A stretch of DNA of 64,000 nt from an uncultured Rivularia sp. (GTDB taxonomy: Bacteria; Cyanobacteriota; Cyanobacteriia; Cyanobacteriales; Nostocaceae): the NCBI GenBank assembly GCA_963665115.1, contig OY762007.1:7616001-7680000 (forward strand), read 5' to 3'. Below the pieces are notes generated by a model that worked only from the letters and a program-made list of their open reading frames with translations, did not search any database and was not told the origin of the DNA. The first letter of the stretch is position 1; each line of letters opens with the position of its first letter. A program made the translations under genes and the position numbers. This document shows, in pieces, positions 1 to 11,037 of this stretch.

Positions 1-773
1 GGATGCTGAACTTTGTTTCCTAAATTTTTGGGATAGCCACCATCGATTAGCAAGCAAGGTTTCTTCAAGGTGTTAGGGTCAATTTCCACACCTTTAGGCA
101 TACTGGCAACCCAAACAATAATATCTGCTTGGGGTAACGCTTCCTCTAAACCCATTATTTTTCCACGCCCCAGGTCAGATTGCAAGGATGAAAGGCGTTC
201 GGTGTTACGCGCAATCAACAATAATTCCTTGACATCCGTCTTTGCATCCAGCCAGCGACAGACGGCGCTACCAATATCTCCCGTAGCACCACATACGGCA
301 ACTGTTGCTTTACCAAGCTCTATACCAAGTTTTTTCGAGGCTTGCTCTACTTGCTGACAAATAATGTAAGCAGTATGAGTATTTCCTGTAGTAAACCGTT
401 CAAACTCAAGCTTGATATTGCGAATTTGAGGAATTTGTTCTAACTTAAATGTCTCAAATATAATTGAGGAAAAACCACCCAAAGCGGTAATATTTATACC
501 GTGTTTTTGGGCGTGAGCCATTGCGTTCAGAATTTTGCGAGTAGCAGCCTTCATGCGGCGAGTTGCCAGCATTTCCGGTAAAAAGCAAGATTCTACATAC
601 CGCCCTTCGATTTTTTGTCCAGTTACACTTGTAACCGTAATATTATCTACTATTTGGGGTGGCGCACTACACCAAAAATCTAACCCCTGGTCGGCATATT
701 CTGGGTAGCCTAATTCTGAGGCTACTCTTTGCGCGTGTTCTAAACTTGTAAGATGTCCTATTAGACCAAACAT
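1..773 (-). CDS. aar: Long-chain acyl-ACP reductase (alkane synthesis), runs off window edge
   Basis: Not in the ORF track because there is no stop in the window. The reverse strand from ATG 773 reads [18 protein letters not shown]..., later [26 protein letters not shown] Rossmann region ([19 protein letters not shown]). Lies directly downstream of ado. Confidence 0.95.
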   Translation of the reverse strand, partial: MFGLIGHLTSLEHAQRVASELGYPEYADQGLDFWCSAPPQIVDNITVTSVTGQKIEGRYVESCFLPEMLATRRMKAATRKILNAMAHAQKHGINITALGGFSSIIFETFKLEQIPQIRNIKLEFERFTTGNTHTAYIICQQVEQASKKLGIELGKATVAVCGATGDIGSAVCRWLDAKTDVKELLLIARNTERLSSLQSDLGRGKIMGLEEALPQADIIVWVASMPKGVEIDPNTLKKPCLLIDGGYPKNLGNKVQH

Positions 774-962
774 GAACTATTAATTTCGGCTTATGCTTTG
801 TGAAAGGATTAAAGGCGTGGAATATAAATAGACACCATAAGAACTGCTCCTCTGAAAAACCATAAATGGTACCCGATTGTGAGCGGGCGAGGAGCAACAA
901 ACATGGCTAATTCTATTGTCATGCATTACGTAATTAGCCTTTATAAGAAAGGCTGTTACGAT

Positions 963-1658
963 TTAAGCGGCTCTAAGTCCGTATGCAGAAAGACGCATGA
1001 TATCGCGAGTTGTGAAGCCGATATTATTCAAAGCATCTCCGTATTGAATCATAAAGTCTTCTACCAAAGCATCTTTGGGCATTGCCATCACTTCAGCGTC
1101 TTTTTCTACTTCATTGAGCATTTTCCAGACAATAGGAAGGTTTTGGGCGTTTGCTTCTTCTAATTCAGCTTTAGATTCTTCAAAATGTTCTTTTAGCCAA
1201 ACTTCTCCGAAGTTGAGGTGAGTATATTCATCTTTAACAACACCTTCAGTAATCTTGCGAGAGAAATCATCTGCTACGGGAATAAAAATGTGGTAAGCGG
1301 CGATCGCAAAGCATTCGATAATTAAAGACTGAATTAACAAGCAAGTAACAACCTTGTCTTGTGCGGCTGCATCTTGGAAATTTTGATGCAATTGAGAGAA
1401 AAACTCCTTTGCAAAATCCATATCCGCCGTTACTTCAAGATTTTTAGCGCAAGCTTGAAAACCTTTCTTATGACGCATCTCCATTTTAGAAAGACGAACT
1501 AAATCATCTTTTTTATCTGGTAGCAATTGCCCTAGAGATAAATAATTGTCGTATGCTTCTTGTTCTCCCTCGACCACAATTGCATTAATGCGGCTGAAAG
1601 CATCTTTGTATGTTTCGCTGCGATAATCAAGCTCAGATGGGGCTATAAGCTCCTGCAT
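963..1658 (-). CDS. ado: Aldehyde-deformylating oxygenase
   Basis: [26 protein letters not shown], with EMRH and DEYTH di-iron motifs. Likely start is ATG 1658, after GGGAGG; the ORF track extends to 1769. Confidence 0.96.
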   Translation of the reverse strand: MQELIAPSELDYRSETYKDAFSRINAIVVEGEQEAYDNYLSLGQLLPDKKDDLVRLSKMEMRHKKGFQACAKNLEVTADMDFAKEFFSQLHQNFQDAAAQDKVVTCLLIQSLIIECFAIAAYHIFIPVADDFSRKITEGVVKDEYTHLNFGEVWLKEHFEESKAELEEANAQNLPIVWKMLNEVEKDAEVMAMPKDALVEDFMIQYGDALNNIGFTTRDIMRLSAYGLRAA

Positions 1659-1968
1659 CTTGGATTCCCTCCCGATATGAAAGTATTTAATACTCGACAA
1701 GTGATGAAATTGGAATGAAGTTGAGCTAAATCGATCGAATAGAAAGAAAGCGATATATTTACCACACACATCAAACCTATTAATAGTCTAAAGTCTTGGT
1801 GTAAATTACGTATCTTTGTGGAACCAGTATCGATCGATTTAATTTTGCTGCAACCCGATTCTCTACAGAATATACACAGAATATACGTGGTTTAATTTTA
1901 CTTAACAACCCACTATGTTATAGATTAGCTGTTGCTGGGGGCGATTGCTCTAGTAACAGAAAAAACTA

Positions 1969-2820
1969 ATGCGCTTGGATAAAGCTTTATTTATGTTCAA
2001 ACCAAGCCGGACGCGAAAATACGGTAACTTTTTAACCCTGGGACTATTGCTTGTATTAGCAGCTATTGTCCTATTGCCGCTACTTGTAGTCTTTTTAACC
2101 TCATTCGCACCCAAGGGGGCAGTTCAAAGCGTGTTACCGAGGAATGGCCTCACTTTATCTAATTACCACGATGCATGGAGCCGAGGTAAATTTTTATTAG
2201 CGTTTGTTAACTCTACCTTAGTAGCTGTTTGTGTTACCTCTTTTCAAATTATAACTTCGGCATTGGCCGGTTACGCATTAGCAAGGTTAAAGTTTAGAGG
2301 ACGTGAATTATTACTGTTGATAGTATTAGCGACGTTGGTAATCCCATTTCAGTTGCTGGTAATTCCCGTATTTTTAGTACTTAAATGGGGAAATTTAATA
2401 AATACCTATTGGGCACTGATTTTACCTACTGCTGCCAATGGGTTTGGTATTTTCTTACTGCGGCAGTATTTTCAAAGTATTCCCGTTGAGTTAGAAGAAG
2501 CAGCAGCCATAGATGGGGCAAACAGGCTACAAATATTATGGCAAGTAATGTTACCCTTAGCCCGTCCGGCATTAGTCACGTTATTTTTATTTACTTTTAT
2601 TGGCGAGTGGAACGATTTATTTAAACCCTTAGTATTTACAACCCGCCCCGAATTAAGAACGGTGCAGCTTGCTTTAGCAGAGTTTCAAGAGCAATTTACT
2701 AATAATTGGCCCTTATTAATGGCAGCAGTCACAATAGCCACCGTACCCGTAATGTTGCTATTCCTCATCGGTCAACGGCAGTTCATTCGCGGTATCGCAA
2801 CAACTGGAATTAAGAATTAA
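1969..2820 (+). CDS. Carbohydrate ABC transporter permease (MalG/UgpE-like)
   Basis: Multiple TM segments; EAA loop 'ELEEAAAIDGA'; FIGEWNDL motif. Confidence 0.9.
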   Translation: MRLDKALFMFKPSRTRKYGNFLTLGLLLVLAAIVLLPLLVVFLTSFAPKGAVQSVLPRNGLTLSNYHDAWSRGKFLLAFVNSTLVAVCVTSFQIITSALAGYALARLKFRGRELLLLIVLATLVIPFQLLVIPVFLVLKWGNLINTYWALILPTAANGFGIFLLRQYFQSIPVELEEAAAIDGANRLQILWQVMLPLARPALVTLFLFTFIGEWNDLFKPLVFTTRPELRTVQLALAEFQEQFTNNWPLLMAAVTIATVPVMLLFLIGQRQFIRGIATTGIKN

Positions 2821-2911
2821 TTTGGGAATGGGTAATTGGTAATGGGTAATTGGGCATTGGGCATTGGAGATAGTTGGGAATGAGGAGTTATAGTCATTCC
2901 AATTAATTTCC

Positions 2912-2962
2912 GTAGTGCGTTAGCGAAGCGTGTCTTTCAGACACGCTTCGCTAACGCACTAC
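2912..2962. repeat. Perfect 24-bp-stem palindrome (GTAG-type REP-like element, possible terminator)
   Basis: GTAGTGCGTTAGCGAAGCGTGTCT-ttc-AGACACGCTTCGCTAACGCACTAC. Confidence 0.85.
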
Positions 2963-3224
2963 AAATCAATCGGTTCCTATTTAGAATCGCTATAAGAGTT
3001 AAAAATTTTACTACCCCCTCCCCCCATCTCCCCATCCCCTTGTCCCCCATCCAGCATCTATGCCACTACATAAAGTGTCACACATCCGTAATAACTCGGT
3101 GTAAGGACAATTGCACTTAAAGGTTATGATTTTTAGACAGTAAAATAAAGTGTCATTGATAAAGAGCATGAAGCAAAGGCTTTTGGCTTAAGCTTTAAAT
3201 TGAAATAAGCGCATCTATTACAAT

Positions 3225-3869
3225 ATGAATTCATTGGATGATAAGAAACTACCTGCTGTATTAATGGCATCAAGTTCAAGCGAACTACTTCAACGTTATG
3301 CAGTAGGAGAAAGGGATTTTCCTGGCAGCAGACTGAATGATGCTAATCTGACTCGCGCCGATCTTAGTGGTGCCGATTTGAGTCGAGTTCATCTGCAATA
3401 TGCTTACTTAGCAGGTGCCAAGCTTAAAGGTACTAATCTTAGCCAAGCCTTGCTTAACGGCGTTCAATTAGTAGGTGCCGATTTACGAGATGCAAATTTG
3501 AGCATTTCAAATTTGAGTGAAGCTGAATTATCTGGTGCTGATTTTCGCGATGCTGTGATGAAAACAGCCGATTTGCGCGGTGCTGATATTAGCAATACTA
3601 ATCTTGCCTGTGTCAATTTGTGTGGTGCTGACTTACGCTACGCTAACCTGGCGAATTCTAATTTAAGCTATACGAATTTCAGGAATGCATTTCTTGCGGC
3701 AGCAAACCTAAGTAACGCTTATTTAGTTGGTGCCAATTTAAGCCATGCTGACCTTAATAGTGCAAACGTAGAGAATGCTTTATTTGGATACAACAAAGGA
3801 ATTTCTAAGTCTGTAAAGCTTGACTTACAGCTACGGGGAGCAATATTTATAATTGACAGCGAACTTTAG
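3225..3869 (+). CDS. Pentapeptide repeat protein
   Basis: LLQRYAVGERDF leader followed by many A(D/N)Lxx repeats. Confidence 0.92.
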   Translation: MNSLDDKKLPAVLMASSSSELLQRYAVGERDFPGSRLNDANLTRADLSGADLSRVHLQYAYLAGAKLKGTNLSQALLNGVQLVGADLRDANLSISNLSEAELSGADFRDAVMKTADLRGADISNTNLACVNLCGADLRYANLANSNLSYTNFRNAFLAAANLSNAYLVGANLSHADLNSANVENALFGYNKGISKSVKLDLQLRGAIFIIDSEL

Positions 3870-3978
3870 TCAGTTATCAATTATCAGTGTTTAGTTGGAT
3901 ATTGAGGTTCATTGGTGGTTAATAATCTATAGAGGGAAATTAGTTTTTTTGTGCATCAATTTAAGTCTTAAATCAGTT

Positions 3979-4098
3979 ACTAGTACCGCTGCGCGGAAGT
4001 AAAAAGTCAAAAGTAAGAAGTAAAAAGTAAAAAGTATTATATGATAAGGCTTTCAAACTTTTTAAATGGGTGCTTTATTTACGCCGTACTTTACTAGT
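3979..4098. mobile_element. Short non-autonomous (MITE-like) repeat bounded by ACTAGT
   Basis: ACTAGT at both ends; imperfect inverted ends (TAGTACCGCTGCGCGGAA / TTTACGCCGTACTTTACTA); internal AAAAGT(C/A) heptamers. Confidence 0.5.
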
Positions 4099-4102
4099 CG
4101 CC

Positions 4103-4279
4103 TAAGCTGTTACGCACTTAATTTGTATACTACCCTTCGTGCAAGATGCATGTCCTAACGGACAAGCTGCGTTAGCGGAGCGAGACGATAGTCTTAAGCA
4201 GTACTACAGTATTTTCAATTTTATGTCCTTCGGACACGCTACGCTAATGCATTATACAATTTAGCTGCACATCAGCTTA
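4103..4279. mobile_element. MITE-like element family A, copy 1 (expanded, inverted relative to copy 2)
   Basis: Ends TAAGCTGTTACGCACTTAATTTGTATA and TATACAATTTAGCTGCACATCAGCTTA. Same termini at 5521-5721, 45770-45872 and 63589-63691. Confidence 0.75.
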
Positions 4280-4314
4280 TAATTGTTCATTGATAATTGA
4301 TAATTGTTAATTGA

Positions 4315-5346
4315 TTACTCTGTTTCTTGGATTTGCAAGCGTACCGTGCGTTCGGTTGTACCGCTAATTTGTAATTGCATGACTTCTCCACCGAGGGGTT
4401 CTAAGCAATCAAGTAACGATCTTAAATGTGGTGTGGAAGCACCTGTATCTACGTAAAGTCTATCTGATAAGTTAGCGATGCGTTTCCAAGTCATGTATAG
4501 CTTGGCTATGGTTTGTTCGATTTGAGATGCTTGATTGACTAAATCGGCGGCTATGTTCATGCATCCTACTCTTTGAGCTTCTTCTAAAGCTGTTTCAATA
4601 TCAATTTCTTCATTAGATAAAGCCTGCACCTGTACTGCTGCTTTCAAATATTTTGCTAGATAACGCGCTTCGGAAGTAGCATTTTTGAGGGTATCAACGT
4701 CTGGATTAGCGGTAATTTCATCTTGAATTACTGCTTGATGGGGTTGTGGCAATTTCTCCATCTCTTTGACTAAAGGTGCGAGATAACGAGGAGGAAGGGT
4801 GTTATCGGCTACTTTCTGCTTCACTGGTTCCGGTAATAAATCCGAGGACATTGCCGTCCACTCTTCTGAGAGTTGCTTGACTTCTCTTCTGGTAATTTTG
4901 TCTCCATTTTGTGCGGCTTCACTTACCATTATCTGGACTTCGGGTGAAGCTTTTGCGGTTTCTACAAAGGCTCGTTTACTAAAGTTGTTGATAGATTTTA
5001 CTTCAAGCTTGCCGGATTGTAGCAGGGTATCGGCGCTATTGGCTAACTCAATCAAAGCATAAGCATTACTTTTACTGATTTCCCGTTCCTTAAGCCATTT
5101 TAGAAAGCCAGTACCGCGTCCATCCCCTCCTTTTTTTTCGCGATCGCGAACTGCGCGTAAAATTCTTCCTCGCCAAATATCAGTTTGTAAATCAAATTTA
5201 TCGCATACCTGCCAAGCTACATCTAGCTGTTCGAGAAACTCTATTTCAGGAATCGCTTCATCTTCGGGATCTGGTAGCTCGAAGGCTAAATCTGCTGGCT
5301 GTTGTAAGGCTTCAACCAGTTCGTTGATGTTATCGGTTGACTGCAC
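4315..5346 (-). CDS. Hypothetical protein (helical; probably a conserved cyanobacterial family)
   Basis: Long ORF (track 4315-5394). GTG 5346 has AAGGA upstream. No recognisable catalytic motif. Confidence 0.75.
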   Translation of the reverse strand: MQSTDNINELVEALQQPADLAFELPDPEDEAIPEIEFLEQLDVAWQVCDKFDLQTDIWRGRILRAVRDREKKGGDGRGTGFLKWLKEREISKSNAYALIELANSADTLLQSGKLEVKSINNFSKRAFVETAKASPEVQIMVSEAAQNGDKITRREVKQLSEEWTAMSSDLLPEPVKQKVADNTLPPRYLAPLVKEMEKLPQPHQAVIQDEITANPDVDTLKNATSEARYLAKYLKAAVQVQALSNEEIDIETALEEAQRVGCMNIAADLVNQASQIEQTIAKLYMTWKRIANLSDRLYVDTGASTPHLRSLLDCLEPLGGEVMQLQISGTTERTVRLQIQETE

Positions 5347-5520
5347 GGTGATAATGGTTCCTTTAGAGAAAGCGAAAGGCTTGGTTATTATCACATAATG
5401 TGGGTACCGCAGTTGCTTATTAATTTTTTTAAATTCTTTTTGATGGAATTATCATTAGTAGGTTGGCGTTGAAAATCATAATCATGATAAGGGAGTAGGA
5501 AGTAGGGCTGTAATTTCAAT

Positions 5521-5721
5521 AACTTGTTTGTGCAGCTAAATTGTATAATGCTGCCTAAGACTATCGTCTCCCTCCGCTAACGCAGCGTGTCCGAAGGACA
5601 TAAAATTGTAACTATTGTAGTGCTGCCTAAGACTATCGTCTCCCTCCGCTAACGCAGCGTGTCCGTTAGGACATCCATCTTGCACGAACGGTAATATACA
5701 AATTAAGTGCGTAACAACTTA
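5521..5721. mobile_element. MITE-like element family A, copy 2, with internal ~45-nt direct duplication
   Basis: Close reverse complement of 4103-4279. TGCTGCCTAAGACTATCGTCTCCCTCCGCTAACGCAGCGTGTCCG occurs at 5549 and 5621. Confidence 0.75.
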
Positions 5722-5740
5722 ACAACTTCCGTGAAATATC

Positions 5741-5776
5741 AAAAGTATCCGACGATTGAAACCACCGGATACTTTT
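5741..5776. terminator. Hairpin downstream of the adenylate cyclase, possible intrinsic terminator
   Basis: AAAAGTATCCG...CGGATACTTTT inverted repeat about 37 nt past the stop codon. Confidence 0.5.
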
Positions 5777-5812
5777 AAAACAATTAACTACTAACTACTA
5801 AGTACTAACAAT

Positions 5813-8402
5813 CTACTTTTCTTTATACGTCCAAACACCATCATCCCAGTCATCATGAGCATGGGGATTATCTAACCAATAGTGACAGCGCTTGAGATGC
5901 GATATCGCGCCTTTGTCATGTTCTTCGATTTCCAAGACTTTGGCAAATTGGTTTTTGGCTAAGCTAAATTGACGGTTGACGTAGTATTCGCGTCCTTTAT
6001 GATAGTATTCAATTGCGGTTAGCTTATCGCCGCTTATCTCGTCGCCACGCATACCGATTAATTCGTATATTGATACTGGCTCGTTACGTCCTTTGACTCG
6101 AATGTAATCTAATTCTCTTGCCCATACCAGGTGTTTGCAAGGTTCGTAAGTATTGTCGCTGATAATAATATCGCAACCGTACTGTTTGCTGACGCTTTCC
6201 AAACGAGAACCGAGGTTTACGCCGTCACCGATTGCGGTAAATTCCATCCGTTTGCTCGAACCAATGTTTCCACTGATTACAACGTCGGAGTTGATACCGA
6301 TACCAATTTTAATTTGTGGTTTATCATCTGCATGACGACGGGTATTAAAGTCTTCCAAACGGCGGCGCATTTCTAAGGATGTTTGTACGGCCATCCAAGC
6401 ATGGTTTTGTAAAGGTAAAGGCGAACCATATACGGCCATGATGGCATCACCGATGTATTTATCTAAGGTGCCTTTATGTTTGAAAACCGCTTCAACCATT
6501 GACTCGAAGTATTCGTTGAGCATACCTACAACTTCTTCGGCTTCCAAGTTTTCCGTTAAAGTAGTGTAGCCGCGAATATCGGAAAATAGAATCGAAACTT
6601 CTTTTCTGTCGCCACCTAGTTTTGCGTCGTCTAATTTGAGCAATTCTTCGGCTAATTCCTGAGTCATGTAGCGATACATGGTACTCTTGAGCCGCTTTTC
6701 GTCGCTGATGTCGTCCATTACTACCAGCGCACCCCTAACTTGTCCATCGTCGCTTGCGTCAGCGATGGTATTAATCGACAAGTTAATGCTGTTTTCTAAA
6801 GATTCATGGGTAAGAAGGGTGCGATCGGGATAATATTGTTCGCGTAATTTCTCATCGGCAACATTTAAAGCATCGTGACACCATTTATCAAAGTCGTTTT
6901 CTTTGATATTAATTATGTCGTTGATTAATTTGCCTTCTAAACGTTCTTCTTCTTCTAATCCCAACAAACGCAAAGCGCTTTCGTTGGCTGCAACAATGTA
7001 GCCTTTTTTATCGGTAGAAATTACCCCATTGGAAAGACTGCGAAGAATATCGCGCTGCATTTGTTCTTGCTGCTTGATAGTGGCAAACAATTGAGCGTTT
7101 TGCAGCGCTACACCTGCCTGAATGTTAAAAGCTTCCATAAACTGTTCGTCATTACGATCGAAACTAGCTTGGAAGCATTCGGGGGCTTGGGGGCCAATCT
7201 TCGGGATTATAAGGAGGACATTGGTTTTTATTCTTCTTATTTACGAGTTGAGTCACACCAATTAATTCCCTGTCACCGTTGAATACTGGCATACAGAGCA
7301 AACTACAGGTACGATAACCGTTTGAATTGTCTATTTGCTTGGCTGTATCGGAGTCGGGATTGTCGTACAAATCGAAGGGGATATTTAAAATTTTGCCCGT
7401 TGATGCAACTTGCCCCACAAAACCTTTACCCATAGGTACTCGCAACTCTTTTGTCGAACCATCAGCAATGGTAATTTTTGTCCACAACTCTTGGCGATCG
7501 CGTTCTATTAACCATAAAGTAGAACGATCGGCGTTCATCAGTTGTTTGGCTTCATCCATCACCCGCTTAAGCGTCTCTTCTAGATCGAGACTGCTTTGCG
7601 AAAGTGATTTTATAGCTTTCATCAACGCTTCAGCAGCTCGTTGCTTTTGAGTTGCGATGTAAAAGGAACGTGATGATTCTAAAATTAATCGGATAGAAGG
7701 CGCAAATTCTTGGAATAATTGCTCGTCGGCATCAGTAAAACCCTTAATATCAATACGTTCGCATAAAGGGGCTTCACTGTTGTTATCCGGTTTTAATTTA
7801 TTTAACAATTGCACTACCGCGACCAATTTACCTTGTTCGTTGAGCAAAGGTAAAGCCAACATGGTATAGGTTCGGTAATCGGTTCTTTTTTCATGCTCCC
7901 GCGCAAAAGAAGAACGAGTATCGTTGTAAAAATCAAAGGGAATATTAACTACTTTTTTATCAGTCGCAACTTCACCAGCAATACCTTTATTTGCCGGGAT
8001 ACGAATTTCTAAAGAACGCTTTCCCTCCCCTTCCGCAACAATTGTATATAGTTCTTGTTTCTCTTCATCTAACAGAAATATTGTTGTTCTATCTGCACCT
8101 AATAGCTCCCCAGTTTTTAGAGTAATAGATTGCAACATTTCTTGTAAAATTGCTTCAAACCCTTTAGAATCCAACATTGAAAGGGTTTGATTAACAATCT
8201 CTAACTTATGCTCTACATCTTTAACAACTTGTTTAAAAGTATCTTGAGTTAAAGGAGCAAGGAAATTCGAGATAGTTCCTTCCTCTTGACTCGCAAGAGC
8301 ATCTAATCGAGTAGAATTCTGAATAAAGTCGCGCTCACCCTGACTGTTTCCACCAATCATTAAATCGGTGGGTTCATTGCGACTACGTTGGTAGACTGAC
8401 AT
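5813..8402 (-). CDS. cyaB1: Class III adenylate cyclase, GAF-GAF-PAS-cyclase (CyaB1 type); one +1 frameshift at 7189-7193
   Basis: Two GAF domains (NKL/NKK...F..D motifs), PAS, and cyclase motifs FSDIRGYT, DKYIGDA, GDGVNLGSRLE. Removing one base of the G5 run joins the two ORFs as ...EDWPQAPECFQASFDRNDEQFMEAFNIQ... Confidence 0.92.
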
Positions 8403-9582
8403 AGCTGCCTTCTGATATAAGATTTGTTTTATTAATTGATTCTTTATGGGCGATAAATCTGCCGATAGCTCTAAATTAATTTTGCCGAAGAAAGCAATTC
8501 GGTTTTTTTTGCATAAATCGGCTTAATTAAAATAAATAAATAGATGCGTTTCGGCCGTATTACCCCTCTTTGTTTAACCTTTAACTAAGAAAGAAAAAAT
8601 GATTTTTACATATCTTGTCTTATTGAATAAGAGAATTATTCACAGTCTAATCTTTCATCAGATAAAATGTCATTGACGAAGATACGTAGACAATAAAACA
8701 AGAAAAACATACTCGTTTGATGAACGGTAAGTACGTGAATATAGATATTTTCGTACTTGCTCATAATCAAGAAATTGTATAACTCCCAATTTCATTTTTA
8801 ATTAACTATGAAAAAAACACGTTAATTTAATCGCTACAAAATTCACGTGAATATACTTATAAGTAGGAGATTAACAGCTACTTAACTGCTTTTCAAAGTT
8901 TCACGTTCTCAGCCTTGTAAAAAAAAATTATGTTCCACTATCCCGTTCATTTAAAACTGTTTGCTGCTAAGAGATCGGCAACACTGGGTATTGAATAGTA
9001 AAGTTGTATTTTCTACACGACTATGTTGATATTATTCCCAAATTTTTTTCAAAATTAACAGGTATAAGGTAAAAAATTGCACGAATGACTTAATAAATAA
9101 GTTCTATAAAATAACTTTTATAAATCGACATATTTAATACGAACAAGAATACGGAGCAGCTTTCCAACTCGTATTAAGCTTCTTATTGACTTTTGTCAAA
9201 CAAATATAGTTCTAATGAACTACATTGATTCTGAGTTTGGAATACAGCATAAAACCATCGATCGGGTTATCTCAAAAAAACGTTAATTATTTATCACTCT
9301 ACCGAGCTTTTACGTTTTATTACTGAGTATCCAATTTAGACTGTAATAATACTAGGTTTTAGCCTGATATAAAAGCTTTCGGCTTGTTGCTAACAAATAG
9401 ATGTATTAAAAAAGACTTTTATTTATAGTACTAATTCTTAGTAAAGAAGAGTTTTTGTTGGAAATATAAATTTACTCTGTATAAATATCGGCATTTTTCA
9501 GGATGCTATAGATTAATTGATTGAGTTACAAAATGATTTATATGTAACAATAATAGCTCAGTGATATTGCTGAGAAAGAAGA

Positions 9583-10974
9583 ATGTCTTCAAGTCAGCAA
9601 CAAAAACCAAAAGCGATCGGCTTGTTTACTGCAACCTGTATTGTCGTAGCGAACATGATCGGTACGGGAGTATTCACTAGCTTAGGCTTTCAAGTAGTAG
9701 ATATCAAATCTGGTTTCACGCTGCTATTTTTATGGATGGTAGGTGGAATTTTCGCATTATGCGGTGCTTTAAGCTATGGCGAATTAGGGGCGGCAATGCC
9801 TTATTCTGGCGGTGAATACTATTATTTATCTCGAATATATCATCCAGTAGTAGGTTTTTTATCTGGATGGGTATCTGTAACTGTGGGTTTTGCTGCACCG
9901 ATAGCAGCCGCAGCTATGGCTTTAGGAGCATATTTTAAAGGTGTGTTTCCGTTAATTTCTTCAACAGCTATTGCTTTAGCTGTTGTTATCGGTGTTTCTT
10001 TGATTCATGGAACAAACAAAGCATTTGGTAGCAATTTTCAACAAATATTTACGATTCTGAAAGTTGTACTAATTGTAGTTTTAATTGTCTGCGGTTTCTG
10101 TTTGGCTGAACCTCAACAATTAGGATTTTTACCTTCTACAGAAGATGTTAATTTAATCTTCAGTTCTCCCTTTGCAATTTCGTTAGTTTATGTAACCTAT
10201 TCATATTCAGGTTGGAATGCAGCCGTTTATTTAGCTAGTGAAGTAGAAAAACCGGAAAAAAATCTACCTCGTTCTTTAATTGGTGGAACTTTGATTGTAA
10301 TGGGTTTGTATCTACTATTAAACTTTATATTTTTATATACTACGCCAATTAATGAATTAGCTAATAAAGAAGAAATTGGGATTATAGCTGCCAATAATAT
10401 CTTTGGTTCTTTCGGTGCAAAAATAATGGGTACCTTAATTTCATTTGGACTAATAAGTTCAATTAGTTCAATGGTTTTAGCTGGCCCCAGAGTTACTCAA
10501 GCAATTGGTGAAGATATCCCTTTATTTAAACTGCTGGCGAGAAAAAATACTAGTGGCATTCCATATCTTGCAATTCTGTTACAGCTATTCATTGTTACTG
10601 TTTTAATACTGACATCTAGTTTTAAAGCAGTACTCATTTATTTAGGATTTACCCTAACTTTATCTTCATTTATTACAGTTTTAGGGGTTTTTGTTTATCG
10701 CTTTCGATATCCCGAAGCACCTCGCCCTTATCAAACTTGGGGTTATCCTTTTACACCGCTGATCTTCTTAGGAATAAGTTCGTGGATGTTAGTTTATCTT
10801 TTGATGGATAAACCAGTGGAATCTTTAACAGGAATGGCAACGCTATTAATTGGTTTGATTGTTTATTTTGTTGCTTCAAAAAACAAATTGGGCTGGTCTT
10901 CGGTTGAGGAAGAAGCAAGCTATGTCTCTGCATCCAAAACCGACCAAAAACAAACCCGGTTCAATGATAAATAA
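9583..10974 (+). CDS. APC-family amino acid permease
   Basis: About 12 TM segments; NMIGTGVF, SYGELGAAMPYSGGEY, YSYSGWN and RPY..WGYP motifs. Confidence 0.9.
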   Translation: MSSSQQQKPKAIGLFTATCIVVANMIGTGVFTSLGFQVVDIKSGFTLLFLWMVGGIFALCGALSYGELGAAMPYSGGEYYYLSRIYHPVVGFLSGWVSVTVGFAAPIAAAAMALGAYFKGVFPLISSTAIALAVVIGVSLIHGTNKAFGSNFQQIFTILKVVLIVVLIVCGFCLAEPQQLGFLPSTEDVNLIFSSPFAISLVYVTYSYSGWNAAVYLASEVEKPEKNLPRSLIGGTLIVMGLYLLLNFIFLYTTPINELANKEEIGIIAANNIFGSFGAKIMGTLISFGLISSISSMVLAGPRVTQAIGEDIPLFKLLARKNTSGIPYLAILLQLFIVTVLILTSSFKAVLIYLGFTLTLSSFITVLGVFVYRFRYPEAPRPYQTWGYPFTPLIFLGISSWMLVYLLMDKPVESLTGMATLLIGLIVYFVASKNKLGWSSVEEEASYVSASKTDQKQTRFNDK

Positions 10975-11037
10975 TTATTATTTAGAATATTTTTCTAGGA
11001 ATCGGACTGAAAAAAATCAAATTATTACCCCACAATC

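Noticed and set aside
70..1163. Short ORFs 70-357, 667-900 and 879-1163
   Set aside because: They overlap aar or ado in other frames or strands and show no protein-like features. The same applies to the other short antisense ORFs in the track.
5549..5665. 45-nt direct repeat resembling a two-repeat mini-CRISPR
   Set aside because: It is nested inside a MITE-like element, and the same module occurs in the inverted copy at 4103-4279.
8403..9582. 1.2-kb intergenic region as a hidden gene or ncRNA
   Set aside because: It is very AT-rich with no ORF of 60 aa or more and no convincing structure; it is most simply a divergent promoter region.
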